From Eledone cirrhosa (taxonomy: Eukaryota): a stretch of DNA of 64,000 bases. Positions 51,913-63,797 of the stretch are shown one piece after another (position 1 is the stretch's first letter; the number at the start of each line of letters is the position of its first letter). The position numbers and the translations under genes are program-made. Location of the stretch: assembly GCA_964016885.1 (NCBI GenBank), contig OZ024744.1:106144001-106208000 (forward strand). The letters are read 5' to 3'. Below the pieces are notes generated by a model. The model was not told the origin of the DNA, made no database searches, and saw only the letters and a list, made by a program, of their open reading frames with translations.

Positions 51913-51976
51913 TATTTTATCTGATGAAAGCGTACCAATGTTGTCTTGGTACCCTTGAAATATATATAATAAAATA
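51913..51976 (+). ncRNA. Type I hammerhead motif (family H1) in element 51782-52112 that has a short inverted left arm
   Basis: TATTTTAT-CTGATGA-AAGCGTACCA/TGGTACCCTT-GAAA-TATATA-TA-ATAAAATA; perfect 8-bp stem I. Confidence 0.8.
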
Positions 51977-52145
51977 AATATGGTTTTATAAATATAGTTT
52001 CCATTTATTTAATATCATTGAATATTTACTCCAGTAAACTGTTGAGTGCTCTAAATCAGTTATAAACATTTATATTTGTTGGACTTCTAACAAATTAAAT
52101 ACCTCTTCTACTTATATATATATATTGACTGATGATTTTTTTTTT

Positions 52146-52196
52146 AGTTTCAGAAGATTCCGTTAAGGGTGAAAGCAGTGATTCTTTGCTTAAACT
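52146..52196 (+). ncRNA. Variant hammerhead motif with CAGAAGA core (family H3)
   Basis: AGTTT-CAGAAGA-TTCCGTTAAGGGT-GAAA-GCA..TGC-TT-AAACT. Confidence 0.55.
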
Positions 52197-52528
52197 TTAA
52201 TCTGTTATTTTAATATATATATCATACACCTACGGTAGTAGGTGTATGATATTCTTAAGGTCCCATTTCGGTCACTCGCGACACCTTCAAAGCTTTGTCA
52301 CTAATTCAATTTTTGATAGAATTGGATGCGGTTTTTTGCACTTTATAGGACCACAGATAAGCTACTTTTTGACATAAAAATATTGAAATTTGGTTCAGTA
52401 GAAAAAAAGTTACATAAAAATAAGTGAGGACCAAAAGAGTGTAAGGAACTACATACATAAGTAACGCTTAGTTTGTTTCTAATTTCTAATACATTAAAAT
52501 AGTGATAGATTGTGCAATAGTGAATTGT

Positions 52529-52601
52529 GGTCAGGTAGCTCAGTCGGTAGAGCAGCGGACCGGCAATCCGAAGGTCGTGGGTTCGATTCCCACCCTGATT
52601 A
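52529..52601 (+). tRNA. tRNA-like gene or pseudogene, nominal anticodon GGC (Ala)
   Basis: Cloverleaf: GGTCAGG/CCTGATT, GCTC/GAGC D-arm, CGGA/TCCG with loop CC-GGC-AA, GTGGG-TTCGATT-CCCAC, followed by CTTTT; lacks U33 and G3:U70. Confidence 0.6.
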
Positions 52602-52722
52602 CTTTTCCTATCTGCACTTCTTCCTATTCCTTATTATTTATTATTATTATTTAACTTATTTGTTGATAAATATTTTTAATATTAATTAATATCCTTGTAT
52701 TGCCTGGAAAAAAAGTGGATTA

Positions 52723-53903
52723 CAGGGAAAAATGCGGGCGCATGTAAAGAAATATTCTTAAATTAATAAACCTAGAAAAGTAAAGGACAAGTTATTACAC
52801 CTGGAAAAGTAAAGGACAAGAAAACTTCTTAAAACTACTTAAAATATTGCAGCTAAAGTCTAAATTTAAAAAAAAATATTTAGATTATAAAACTAAAAAT
52901 AAATAATTATAAGTTAATTGTTAAAAAAATATCACTTTAAAGGACTGGAAAAATGACTGTCTTATAGGGAGAGTTGACTACTGTATACTTAATTTTTTTC
53001 TTGGTGTATACAAATTAATCTTTTTAAAATAAAATTTGTACAATAATTTGTACAATAATTAATTAATAATAATAATAATTAATATGTACAATTTATTAAT
53101 TTATGTTATAAGATATTTAAAAATGTTCATTTTTAATCAAATTATATTTTTAAAAATTTAGTTATAAAATAATGCAGTAAAATAAATCAAAAACAGTGCA
53201 TCATATAATTGCACTTTTTATGAGTATTACAGATTTTTTTTATAATATAGTAAAATTCAACATCTCAAGGGGCAAAATTAGGTAAAAGTCAATTCATCAA
53301 TTATTCATTTATAGTGAATTCATCAATTCATTAGATGAACTGTTGAATTAGACAATGTTTAATTTTTAATTGTAGTCTAATTTTACTCTACCTAAAAATG
53401 TAGATTGGTTATTTTGATCTCTGACAGGTCTTAAATTTCATTATTAAACAATTATAATTTGTTATTATTTATCATTACAGTTGGCTCCCTAATTAATTAT
53501 TAATTAATTGTTAGTGTCATTTACACGCCAACATTTTGTTTTATTTGATGTTTATAATTGTCACTCATTTTTTCAGTCCCATTTAGTAAAGTAAAATAAA
53601 GTATATTTATTTAATGACCCAACCACTATGGTGTAAATTAGGATCACAAAATTAAATAAATGATCATAAATTAGTATTATTATCAATTAGAGAGTCAACT
53701 GTATTATTAGAATTTATCACTTTCTATGTATATTTAAATCAAATATTTTTTATTATTCAAATTTATACTATAGCTGCAATATTTTAAGAAGTTTTAAGAC
53801 GTTTTCTTGTCCTTTACTTTTCCAGGTGTAATAACTTGTCCTTTACTTTTCTAGGTTTATTAATTTAAGAATATTTCTTTACATGCGCCTGCATTTTTCC
53901 CTG
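52723..53903. mobile_element. Non-autonomous DNA transposon (Tc1/mariner-like, TA flanks) with ~135-bp TIRs
   Basis: TA|CAGGGAAAAATGC...TATTGCAGCTA and TAGCTGCAATA...GCATTTTTCCCTG|TA; very AT-rich non-coding interior. Confidence 0.8.
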
Positions 53904-53934
53904 TAATACATATATGTGTGTATATATATCTTTA

Positions 53935-54425
53935 TTAAATGTAATCTGAGTTTTTCGAATATTAATAATAATATTCGATTCGTTTGCAATTATGCAAACA
54001 GCTGCTTTTTTAAAGCCATGTCAGTAGAATGAGACTCATTCTTGCTCTTGTGTTGGCATGTAAACAGAACTGTAGACACTAATGTTTCTGGGTATCACCC
54101 TTCATCAGTACAGCTACCAACTGTTAGAGCAAGGGAAAATATATGATATTACTAAAATACACTGACTGATCGGCCTGATTTGCATATTAGCAGACTGGCT
54201 GATCAGTCAGATCTGCATATTAGCAGATCCCCTGATCAGCCAGATTTGCATATCAGCAGACAGGCCAGTCAGTTTCCTGTATACGAGCGATCAATGGCCG
54301 GTTTTGCCACATTCAAAATAAAAAACTAAAAAATTTTCGCTCTACATGGTTGAATACAATAAATGTAATCCAAGTTTTTTGAATAATAATATGCGATTTG
54401 TTTGCAATTATGCAAACAGCCTCTT
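53935..54425 (-). mobile_element. ~490-bp non-coding element (family H7) with ~65-bp direct terminal repeat and a hammerhead
   Basis: AAATGTAATC..AATAATAT(T/G)CGATT(C/T)GTTTGCAATTATGCAAACAGC at 53937-54002 and 54361-54420; related copy at 40925-41215. Confidence 0.7.
54069..54114 (-). ncRNA. Minimal canonical type I hammerhead ribozyme (family H7), GUC cleavage triplet
   Basis: Minus: GCTGTA-CTGATGA-AGGGT(GAT)ACCCA-GAAA-CA(TTAG)TG-TC-TACAGT. Confidence 0.85.
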
Positions 54426-54444
54426 AGAAATATGTATGATATAT

Positions 54445-54788
54445 GGAGGCACATGGCTTAGTGGTTAGAGTATTGGCCTTGCAATCGAAAGATTGTGAGT
54501 TCAATTCTCAGACCGGGTGATGTGTTGTTTCCTTGAGCAAGACACTTTATTTCACATTGCTCCAGTTTACTCAGCTGTAGAAATGAGATGATAGGGACTG
54601 GGGTCCATATCATTCCACTGCAAAGTGGTTGTGGAGGTGCCACGGCAAAAAAGCACCCAGCACTCACTGTAAATGAGGTTGGTGTTAGGAAGGGCATCCA
54701 GCTGTAGAAATCAAGCCAGCATCAGTTCCAATCCCACCCTTGCAAGCAGGGAAAAAGCGGACGTAAAATGAAATGATGATGATGATGA
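54445..54788 (+). mobile_element. SINE family B, full length
   Basis: Matches 41239-41620 from the A box to the (GAT)n tail. Confidence 0.9.
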
Positions 54789-55194
54789 TATATATTTATA
54801 TATATATATCATACATGCACATGTTTATATATAAAACACACACACATGCACACGCACACATACACACACACACACACACATATATTCATTTTATTATGGC
54901 TAAATAGTGAGTCTTGCTAGCCTGGAGTTTCATCTGTTTATCACATGGTCACCAGACAACAGTTCTTACTTAATGACCCTGTGATAAACAGTTGAAACTT
55001 CAGAGTAACAAGACTTACTATTTAGCCTTAATAAAATTAATATTAAAACTCTTCTTTGGTATTATGTACTCTTTTCTCTTAGTCGTCAACCATATATGAA
55101 TAACTAAATTCATAGGAGACTTATTAAACACTCTCTAGGTGTCATATGTAATGGAGATTTGAGCATAAGTGGAGACTGGGAACATAAAGCCTCA

Positions 55195-55940
55195 GATGTA
55201 ATTTACACCAGCCTGGTTTATATGTCACCTACACCAACCTGGCTCAAGTATTACATACCCCAGCCTAGCTCAATTGTCCCTTACAGCAGCCAAGCTCAGG
55301 TATCACTTACACCAACCTGGCTCAAGTATTACATACCCCAGCCTAGCTCAATTGTCCCTTACAGCAGCCAAGCTCAGGTATCACTTACACCAACCTGGCT
55401 CAAGTATTACATACCCCAGCCTAGCTCAATTGTCCCTTACAGCAGCCAAGCTCAGGTATCACTTACGTCAATCTGACTCAAGTATTACATATGCCAGTTT
55501 AGTTCAAATGTCACTTACACCAGCCAGGCTCAATTGCCACTTACGTTCAATCTGGTTCTGGTGTCACTTATACCAGTATGTCTCAATTGCTACTTACACA
55601 AGCCTGGCTCAGGTATCACTTACATCAATCTAGCTCAAGTATTACGTACAGCAGCCTGGCTCAATTGTCACTTACTAGCCTGGCTCAAGTATTACATACA
55701 CCTGCCTAGCTCAACTGCCGCTTACACCAGCCTGGCTCAACTCCCACTTACACCAGCCTGGCTCAACTGTCACTTACATTAGCCTGGCTCAAGTATTACA
55801 TACACCCACCTAGCACAACTGCCATTTACACCAGCCTGGTTCATGTGTCACTTACACCAGCCTGGCTCAAGAATTACATACACCAGTCTGGCTCAATTGT
55901 CACTTACACCAGCCAGGCTCTTGTACCACTTACACCATCT
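55195..55940. repeat. Minisatellite with ~24-bp base unit (CACTTACACCAGCCTGGCTCAA..) and 78-bp higher-order triplication
   Basis: A 78-bp block is repeated three times in 55231-55465, flanked by diverged monomers. Confidence 0.88.
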
Positions 55941-56059
55941 TTCATATATAATCCAATAGAAACTACAAGTTTCCCAGCCATACAGTTTTAGCTTTCAGCT
56001 ATCATTTAATGATTTTGTATGACACATAGTTTTTAATTACTTTTCTTTAATATAACTTT

Positions 56060-57915
56060 GATCATTATTGTAAGATATTGAAAACATTAAATGATCATGG
56101 CCGTGTAAAGATATTCAAAACACTGGATATGATATGGTCTTGTATGATATTGAAATATAGGGATACAATATAGTCTTTTTAGACAATGAGAAAATTAGAT
56201 ATTATATGGCTTTATAGAATATTGAAATATTGAATATGACATGGCTGTAAGATAATGTAACATTAGATATGGCATGACTCTAAGACATATTAACATTGGA
56301 TATGATATAACTAAGTTATTGAAACATTGGATATGACATGACTTTGTAAGATATTGTAACATTGGATATGTCATAGCCTTGTAAGTTATTGTAACATTGG
56401 ATATTACATGACTGTAAGTTATTGTAACATTGGATATGACATGACTGTAAGATATTGTAACATTGGATATTACATGGCTGTAAGTTATTGAAACATTGGA
56501 TATGACATGACTGTAAGTTATTGTAACATTGGATATTACATGGCTGTAAGTTATTGAAACATTGGATATGACATGACTGTAAGTTATTGAAACATTGGAT
56601 ATGACATGACTGCAAGTTATTGAAACATTGGATATTACATGACTTTGTAAAATATTGTAACATTGGATATGTCATAGCCTTGTAAGATATTGTAACATTG
56701 GATATTACATGACTGCAAGTTATTGAAACATTGGATATTACATGACTTTGTAAAATATTAAAACATTGGATATTACATGACTGCAAGTTATTGTAACATT
56801 GGATATTACATGGCTGTAAGTTATTGAAACATTGGATATGACATGACTTTGTAAGATATTGTAACATTGGATATGTCATAGCCTTGTAAGATATTGTAAC
56901 ATTGGATATTACATGACTGTAAGTTATTGAAACATTGGATATGACATGACTTTGTAAGATATTGTAACATTGGATATTACATGGCTGTAAGTTATTGAAA
57001 CATTGGATATTACATGGCTGTAAGTTATTGAAACATTGGATATTACATGACTGTAAGATATTGTAACATTGGATATTACATGGCTGTAAGTTATTGAAAC
57101 ATTGGATATTACATGACTGTAAGTTATTGAACCATTGGATATGACATGACTTTGTAAGATATTGTAACATTGGATATGACATGACTGTAAGATATTGTAA
57201 CATTGGATATGTCATAGCCTTGTAAGATATTGTAACATTGGATATTACATGACTGTAAGTTATTGAAACATTGGATATTACATGACTTTGTAAGATATTG
57301 TAACATTAGATATTACATGACTTTGTAAGATATTGTAACATTGGATATGACATGACTTTGTAAGATATTGTAACATTGGATATTACATGACTGTAAGATA
57401 TTGTAACATTGGATATGACATGACTTTGTAAGTTATTGAAACATTGGATATTACATGACTTTGTGAGATATTGTAACATTGGATATGACATGGCTGTAAG
57501 ATATTGAAACATTGGATATTACATGACTTTGTGAGATATTGTAACATTGGATATTACATGACTTTGTGAGATATTGTAACATTAGATATTACATGACTTT
57601 GTAAGATATTGTAACATTGGATATTACATGACTTTGTAAGATATTGTAACATTGGATATTACATGACTTTGTAAGATATTGTAACATTGGATATTACATG
57701 ACTTTGTACGATATTGTAACATTGGATATTACATGACTTTGTGAGAAATTGAAACATTGGATATTACATGACTTTGTGAGAAATTGAAACATTGGATATT
57801 ACATATCCTTGTAAAGATATAACATTAGATATGACATGACTGTAAGACATATTAACATTGGATATTACATAGCCTTGTAAGATATATAAAATGTTGGATA
57901 CAACATAGCCTTGGA
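56060..57915. repeat. 33-35-bp tandem satellite
   Basis: GATATTGTAACATTGGATATTACATGACT(TT)GTAA units, homogeneous centre and decayed edges. Confidence 0.95.
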
Positions 57916-58119
57916 AGCTTTATTATTCATTGTCCAGCAAGTTTAAAGTAAAACAATAAAGTTTTAGAAAAAAAAAAAGGGGCGAACAAATAAATACATT
58001 AAAAAGATTATGATTATCTCTTCCACTGTGTGTGTGTGTGTGTGTGGAGCAGAACTTCGTAGCACGTTTGGCTAAAGATATCTCATTTGACAAAGAAATG
58101 ACCGACAGATTCCCTTTAT

Positions 58120-58217
58120 TTAGACATGTCCACTATATCCAACTTTAGACTGTTTTCTTCCGGTAGATTTTGGTAGATTCCGTTTCTCTTTAGCTCTGTT
58201 ACTTATCAGTGGTCGGT
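58120..58217 (-). CDS. CEP104: Probable terminal coding exon of CEP104
   Basis: ctcttctatttgtAG|ACCGA...; phase 1 matches the upstream exon; (N)RPLISNRAKEKRNLPKSTGRKQSKVGYSGHV*; AATAAA overlaps the stop codon. Confidence 0.6.
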
Positions 58218-58279
58218 CTACAAATAGAAGAGGCAAAGAATAGCAAATTACAGCAAAGTATTGACTCCCTGTGTAAGGA

Positions 58280-59170
58280 CTCACACACACACACACACGT
58301 ACACACCCTCACACACATACATACACACATACACACACACACACGTACACACCCTCACACACATACATACACACATACACACACACACACGTACACACCC
58401 TCACACACATACATACACACGTACACACACACACACGTACACATACACGTACACACACACACACTCACACACGTACACACACACACACACGAGATTCCGT
58501 TTCTCTTTAGCTCTGTTACTTATCAGTGGTCGGTCTACAAATAGAAGAGGCAAAGAATAGCAAATTACAGCAAAGTATTGACTCACTGCGTCAGGACTCA
58601 CACACACACGTACACACCCTCACACACATACATACACACACACATACACACACACGTACACACACATACACACGTACACACACACCCTCACACGTACACA
58701 CACACACACAACCACACACACGTACATACATATATATATACACACACATGCACACACACTCACGTACACACACATGCACACACCCTCACACACGTACACG
58801 CACGTACACATACACCCTCACACACATACACACGTACACACACCCTCACACAACAACACACACACGTACACACACACGTACATCCATATATATATACACA
58901 CAACCACACATACACGCACACACACATGCACACACCCTCACACACGTACACACACGCTCACACACGTACACACGCACACACTTATACACACCCTCACACA
59001 CATACATGCAAAGACACACAAACATACACACACACAGTTACACACCCTCACATACACACTCACATACACACAATTACATACACCCTCACTTACACACACC
59101 CTCACACACACACATGCATACACACACACATACACACCATCACACACACACACACACACACACACAGACA
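58280..59170. repeat. CA-rich repeat containing a duplicated copy of the exon acceptor region (~58492-58600)
   Basis: Direct reading; 317-bp offset duplication. Confidence 0.9.
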
Positions 59171-59469
59171 GAGTGTACTGGGTGTATTTTATCATGACAC
59201 CGCCACTACCACCTTACAGAGTGTACTGGGTGTATTGCATTAACAATATCAAGGATTGTGATTATTTGTATAGACACACACATCCTCCTCCTCACCATCA
59301 CCACCATCACCACCACCACCATTACCATCACCACCACCATCACCATCATTATCTTCATCATCAATCCCCATCACCCCCACCACCATCACCATCATCATCA
59401 TCACCATCACACCACCACCACCACCATCACCATCATCACCATTTCCCCCCTCCCATCATCATCATCCCT

Positions 59470-60545
59470 CTAGGGTTGGAACAACCCGCCCCCATGCTTT
59501 TCAACCTGTACATAAATGACGTATTCCAAACAACATCACCACAGTATGGCCATGTCCAGATAGTCTGGACTATCATAAAAAGCTTACTAACAGCAGATAT
59601 GACCCAACTCTGGTAACATATATCAAGACCTGGAGATTGAAGGTGAGCTTGGCCAAGACGACTGCAACAGCATTCCACCTGAATACCAATGAAGCCAATT
59701 GCCAGCTCACTATTAACCTTGATGGCACACCCCCTCCCATATAATACCACATCAACCTTTCTTGACGTGAAACTGGACTGACAGCTGACCTACAGTCAGC
59801 ACCTTGAGTCCTCACATGCAAAGGTTTCCATGAGGGGACAACCTTCTATGTCACTTGTCAGGCCCATCATGGGATGTGTGCAAATCCATCCTATGTACCA
59901 GTGCCATAACCTTGCTCTACAGTGTTTGTATGGTGTAGCAGCTCGCACACTAAGCAGCTAGTTGCAGCCCTGAACAACACTTTAAGTATCATTACTGGAT
60001 GTCTCCATCCTACACCAACTAGCATCTACCTGTGCTCCTGTATCCCTTCATAGAGAGCATCACACACAGTACAGGCTGGTAACCAAGGCCTCAATAGACC
60101 CATCATCTGCTCCATGACATGGCTGAGGATTCTCAGTTAGTGGACCAACACCACTTCATGACACACTGTCCTTCATCATGTGGCAAAGCTGCAAAACAGA
60201 TTTCAACACATTTCAGACGTGGAGAACTAGCTGGCATCTTGACCTGCCCTGCTGAATATCAACCCCAATATGACCCTCCACCCAGGGGCTAGCCTCTCTT
60301 GGAAGGAGTCGGAGTTCCTGAATTGGCTGCTCATTAGTGTCAGCTGATTCAATGCAGCCATGCACCCGTGGGGCTGTTCCCTCGCCAGTTTGCCAGGGTG
60401 GCTCGACAGAGCAAAATATTCAACATTTACTGGGTGGAGTGCTTGGATCTCTGTCCACCCGAGAGTGTTGACCTCACAATCTAATCAAACTACCGTAAGC
60501 TGGTTACAACACCTGGGGGACAGCACATAATCACAGCTGTCTATT
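59470..60545 (+). mobile_element. Old decayed non-LTR element fragment (RT and C-terminal region; I/Ingi-Vingi-like by motif recall)
   Basis: APMLFNLYINDVFQTTSPQYG; LDVKLD*QLTYSQHLESSHAKVS; ALNNTLSIITGCLHPTPT; many stops and frameshifts. Confidence 0.65.
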
Positions 60546-60628
60546 GTAGGAGGAGGAGAAGGATGGGGGAGGGGGGATAAGAAGATGAAGAAGGAGGAGG
60601 AGAAGAAGAAGGGAGAGGACATGCTCAC

Positions 60629-60784
60629 TTGAAATATTGGATTGCTGTTTTGTCCGAGACAAGTGCAGTCGAGGGTTGTTTCTGCATCCATTCACCGTTC
60701 TGGTCAAGTGATTTTTCCATCCTTCGTCTCCAGGGTTTATCTTCATTAGACATAGGGGACAATGGGTGTCATTTATGTCCACAG
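60629..60784 (-). CDS. CEP104: Probable penultimate coding exon of CEP104 (last C2HC zinc finger)
   Basis: ttttatctAG|...|GTgagc; 156 nt, phase 1-1; VDINDTHCPLCLMKINPGDEGWKNHLTRTVNGCRNNPR resembles the recalled CEP104 motif RCPLCHENFSPGEEAWKAHL..C..N.R. Confidence 0.72.
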
Positions 60785-61052
60785 CTAGATAAAATAGATA
60801 TGGTAAAAACAGTGACTCCTGCTACCACATATATCTCACAGCTAGATAAAAACAGATATGATGCTTGCATCCATATATTTCTATTTCTTCAACCATTGAC
60901 AAGATACTGGAGACAGTATCAGTTGATTGAATGGTTATCACATTGAATGTAACTAGCTGACTCCATGGAAATACCAAGGTTTAATTAGAAAAAAAACACA
61001 AAGAAGTAAAAAAATCAATATAACACTTTAAATGTTTTATTTAGAAGTTATT

Positions 61053-61095
<43 letters not shown>

Positions 61096-61659
61096 ATTAG
61101 TTACATCAGTGAGATGTACAGGTAGATCTTTCCAGCATCCTCCATAATGGGGGATACTGGAAATATCTATGCCCTACGTCAATGGGACTAAATTTTGCCA
61201 GCTATGGAACTCGGAGAAGTGGAATATTCTCTCACAACTGGTTTCAGGGAAACACTGCTTAAATATGCACCTCAACTGCTTCAATCACTGTCCACGTGAA
61301 GCAAAATTTGTTCTGAAAAATGCTCTAGACTAAATTAATTGAATTTATTTTCTTCAACTTTTCAATTTAATTTCTGGGCTCCTTGTGGAACACTACTTGT
61401 CTACCTTGGGTTTTTTATAGTTACCTCCCTTGTTTATTTATAGATAATTTTGAGATTACCTACAGTTAGAACCCTCCTATACTTTTTAAAATCTCCATGG
61501 TGGTAAGCCACTTTTTTTATGACAGGCTGATTGAGCTGGAGTAAACAACCCAATGAAACATAAGTACCTGTACATGTTACTGTTGAATCAAATTATATTT
61601 AACTCTATGGACTAGATATTTTTATCAAATTTGTACTACAATATATATATATATATATA

Positions 61660-63797
61660 AGAACAACTTACTGCAGGCTACTGATGAAACTTGTGGCTGG
61701 AGCAGAGCTCCAACCAGACAGAGAGTGACCTGGTGGTGGAACAGCACAGTAGATAGGGACATTAGAGACAACAGATTATCATGGAAGGCTTGGAAAAAGG
61801 GTGGGAGTAGAGAATGATATACAGCCGCTAAGAGAGAAGCTAGACATCAGGTGTACTTAGCACGCAGGGAGGCTGAGAGTAGGAGGTTTGTCAATGTTCT
61901 GTGACGGGAAGATCAGAGGTGTGCGGTGTTTCACATTGCAAGGCAGTGTGTCAATGCAAATCAGGATGTTGTTAGAGATAAATGTGTCCGGAATGATACT
62001 GGTGTACTTAGTGTCACGAATGATCAGAAAAAGGAGGCCTGGAAATGTCATTATGAGAGACTGATGAATGTGGAGAACGAATGGGAGAAAGAGAAATTAC
62101 CCTCAGTAGATCCAACAGAGGGGCCAGCTATTGAGATTGACGAATACAGGGTACAAGAGGCGATTAAGGAAATGAAAAATGGTAAGACTGCTGGACCGTC
62201 GGGGATAGTTGCTGAGATGCTGAAGGCATCAGGGGACGTAGGCACTAAACTGGTTGCACGCATCATCAATCAGGCTATATATGGTGGTGTCATACCCAAA
62301 GTATTCTCATAAATTGCTACAAAGGTAAAGGGGAAGCTCTGGAGGAGCAATTATAGGGGTATAAAACTGATGGATCAGGTTATGAAAGTGGCAGAAAGGA
62401 TATTAGCACAACTAATTAGAGAAAGGGTCAAGCTAGATGAGATGCAGTTTGGTTTTGTGCCTGGGAAAGTACAACAGATGCTCTCTTCTTGGTGAGACAA
62501 TTACAAGAGAGGTTCTTATAGAAGAATAAGCCACTACACTTAGCTTTTGTTGACCTAGAGAAGGCCTTTAATAGGGTACCCAATCTGTCATCTGGTGGTC
62601 CATAAGGAAACTAGGTGTTGAGGAATGGCGTGTGAGGACAGTGCAAACTTTGTACAGAGGTGCTGTCAGTAAAGTGAGGGTAAGAATGGAGTTTAGTGAG
62701 GAATTCCAGATACAAGTAGGAGTACATCAAGGTTCGGTCCTCAGCCCGCTCTTGTTCATTATAGTCCTCCAAGCCATAACAGAGGAGTTTAAGACTGGCT
62801 GTCCATGGGAACTTCTCTATGCTGATGATTTGGTTCTTATAGCAGAATCAGTAGAGGAACTAGAGAATAAATTCTGGCTATGGAAACAGCAGTTGGAAGC
62901 AAGAGGACTGAGAGTGAACCTAGTTAAGACAAAAGTGTTGATGAGTAGAAAAGAGGACAAAACTCTGATTCTATCAGGGAAATGGCCATGTTCGATAAGC
63001 AGAAAAGGAACTGGCATAAATTCTATAAAATGCACACCATGCAGATCCTGGGTACACAAGAGATGTAGTAGGATAGCAGGCAAACTAACAGGTTGGGAGA
63101 AATATGTATGCAGTAGATGTACAGGGAAATTAGACAGTAGAAGACGCATTGATAGACACATTTTTCAAATGCAGGCAAGTGCTATAGAAGTGGTGGATAG
63201 CTTCCGGTAGCTAGATCAGATTAGCATGGGCTGGGGGTGTTCCAAGGCCATAGTATCTAGAATAAGAACGGGCTAGAAGAAGTTTAGGGAGCTGCTTCCT
63301 CTGTTGACGAAGAAGGGTTTCTCCCTGCATACGAAAGGCCGGTTGTATGATGCCTGTGTGAGGAGCGCGATGCTGCATGGTAGTGAGACATGGGCAGCAA
63401 CTGCAGAGGATATGCGACGGCTGGAGAGAAATGAGGCAAGCATGCTCCGTTGGATGTGCAATGTCAATGTGCGGGAACGCCCCGCATGTATGTGTTGAGA
63501 GAGAAACTGTGTCTGAGAGGGATAGAATGTAGTGTGCGAGAGAGGAGACTGAGGTGGTATGGACATGTGATGCGCATGGAGGATGACCGATGGGTGAAGA
63601 AGTGCCAGGAAATGCCAGTTGAAGGAAGACGTGGTAGCGGTAGACCACGAAAAACATGGGCGGAGGTGGTGAGAACAGACCTCAGATCGCTGAAACTCAC
63701 GGTGGAGATGACGAAGGACCGTGACAAGTGGAGAGATGCTGAATAAGACCCGCCCCACCCTTGCGAGCAGGGAAGAGCGGACATAAAATGATGACGA
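61660..63797 (+). mobile_element. 5'-truncated RTE-clade LINE (RT, internal Cys-rich PHD-like insert, 3' UTR), frameshifted
   Basis: KNGKTAGPSG, AFVDLEKAF, GVHQGSVLSPLLF, LLYADDLVL, CTPCRSWVHKRC..CSRC, LYDACVRSAMLHGSETW, RLRWYGHVMRM, GRPRKTW; tail GCGGACATAAAATGATGA. Confidence 0.92.
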
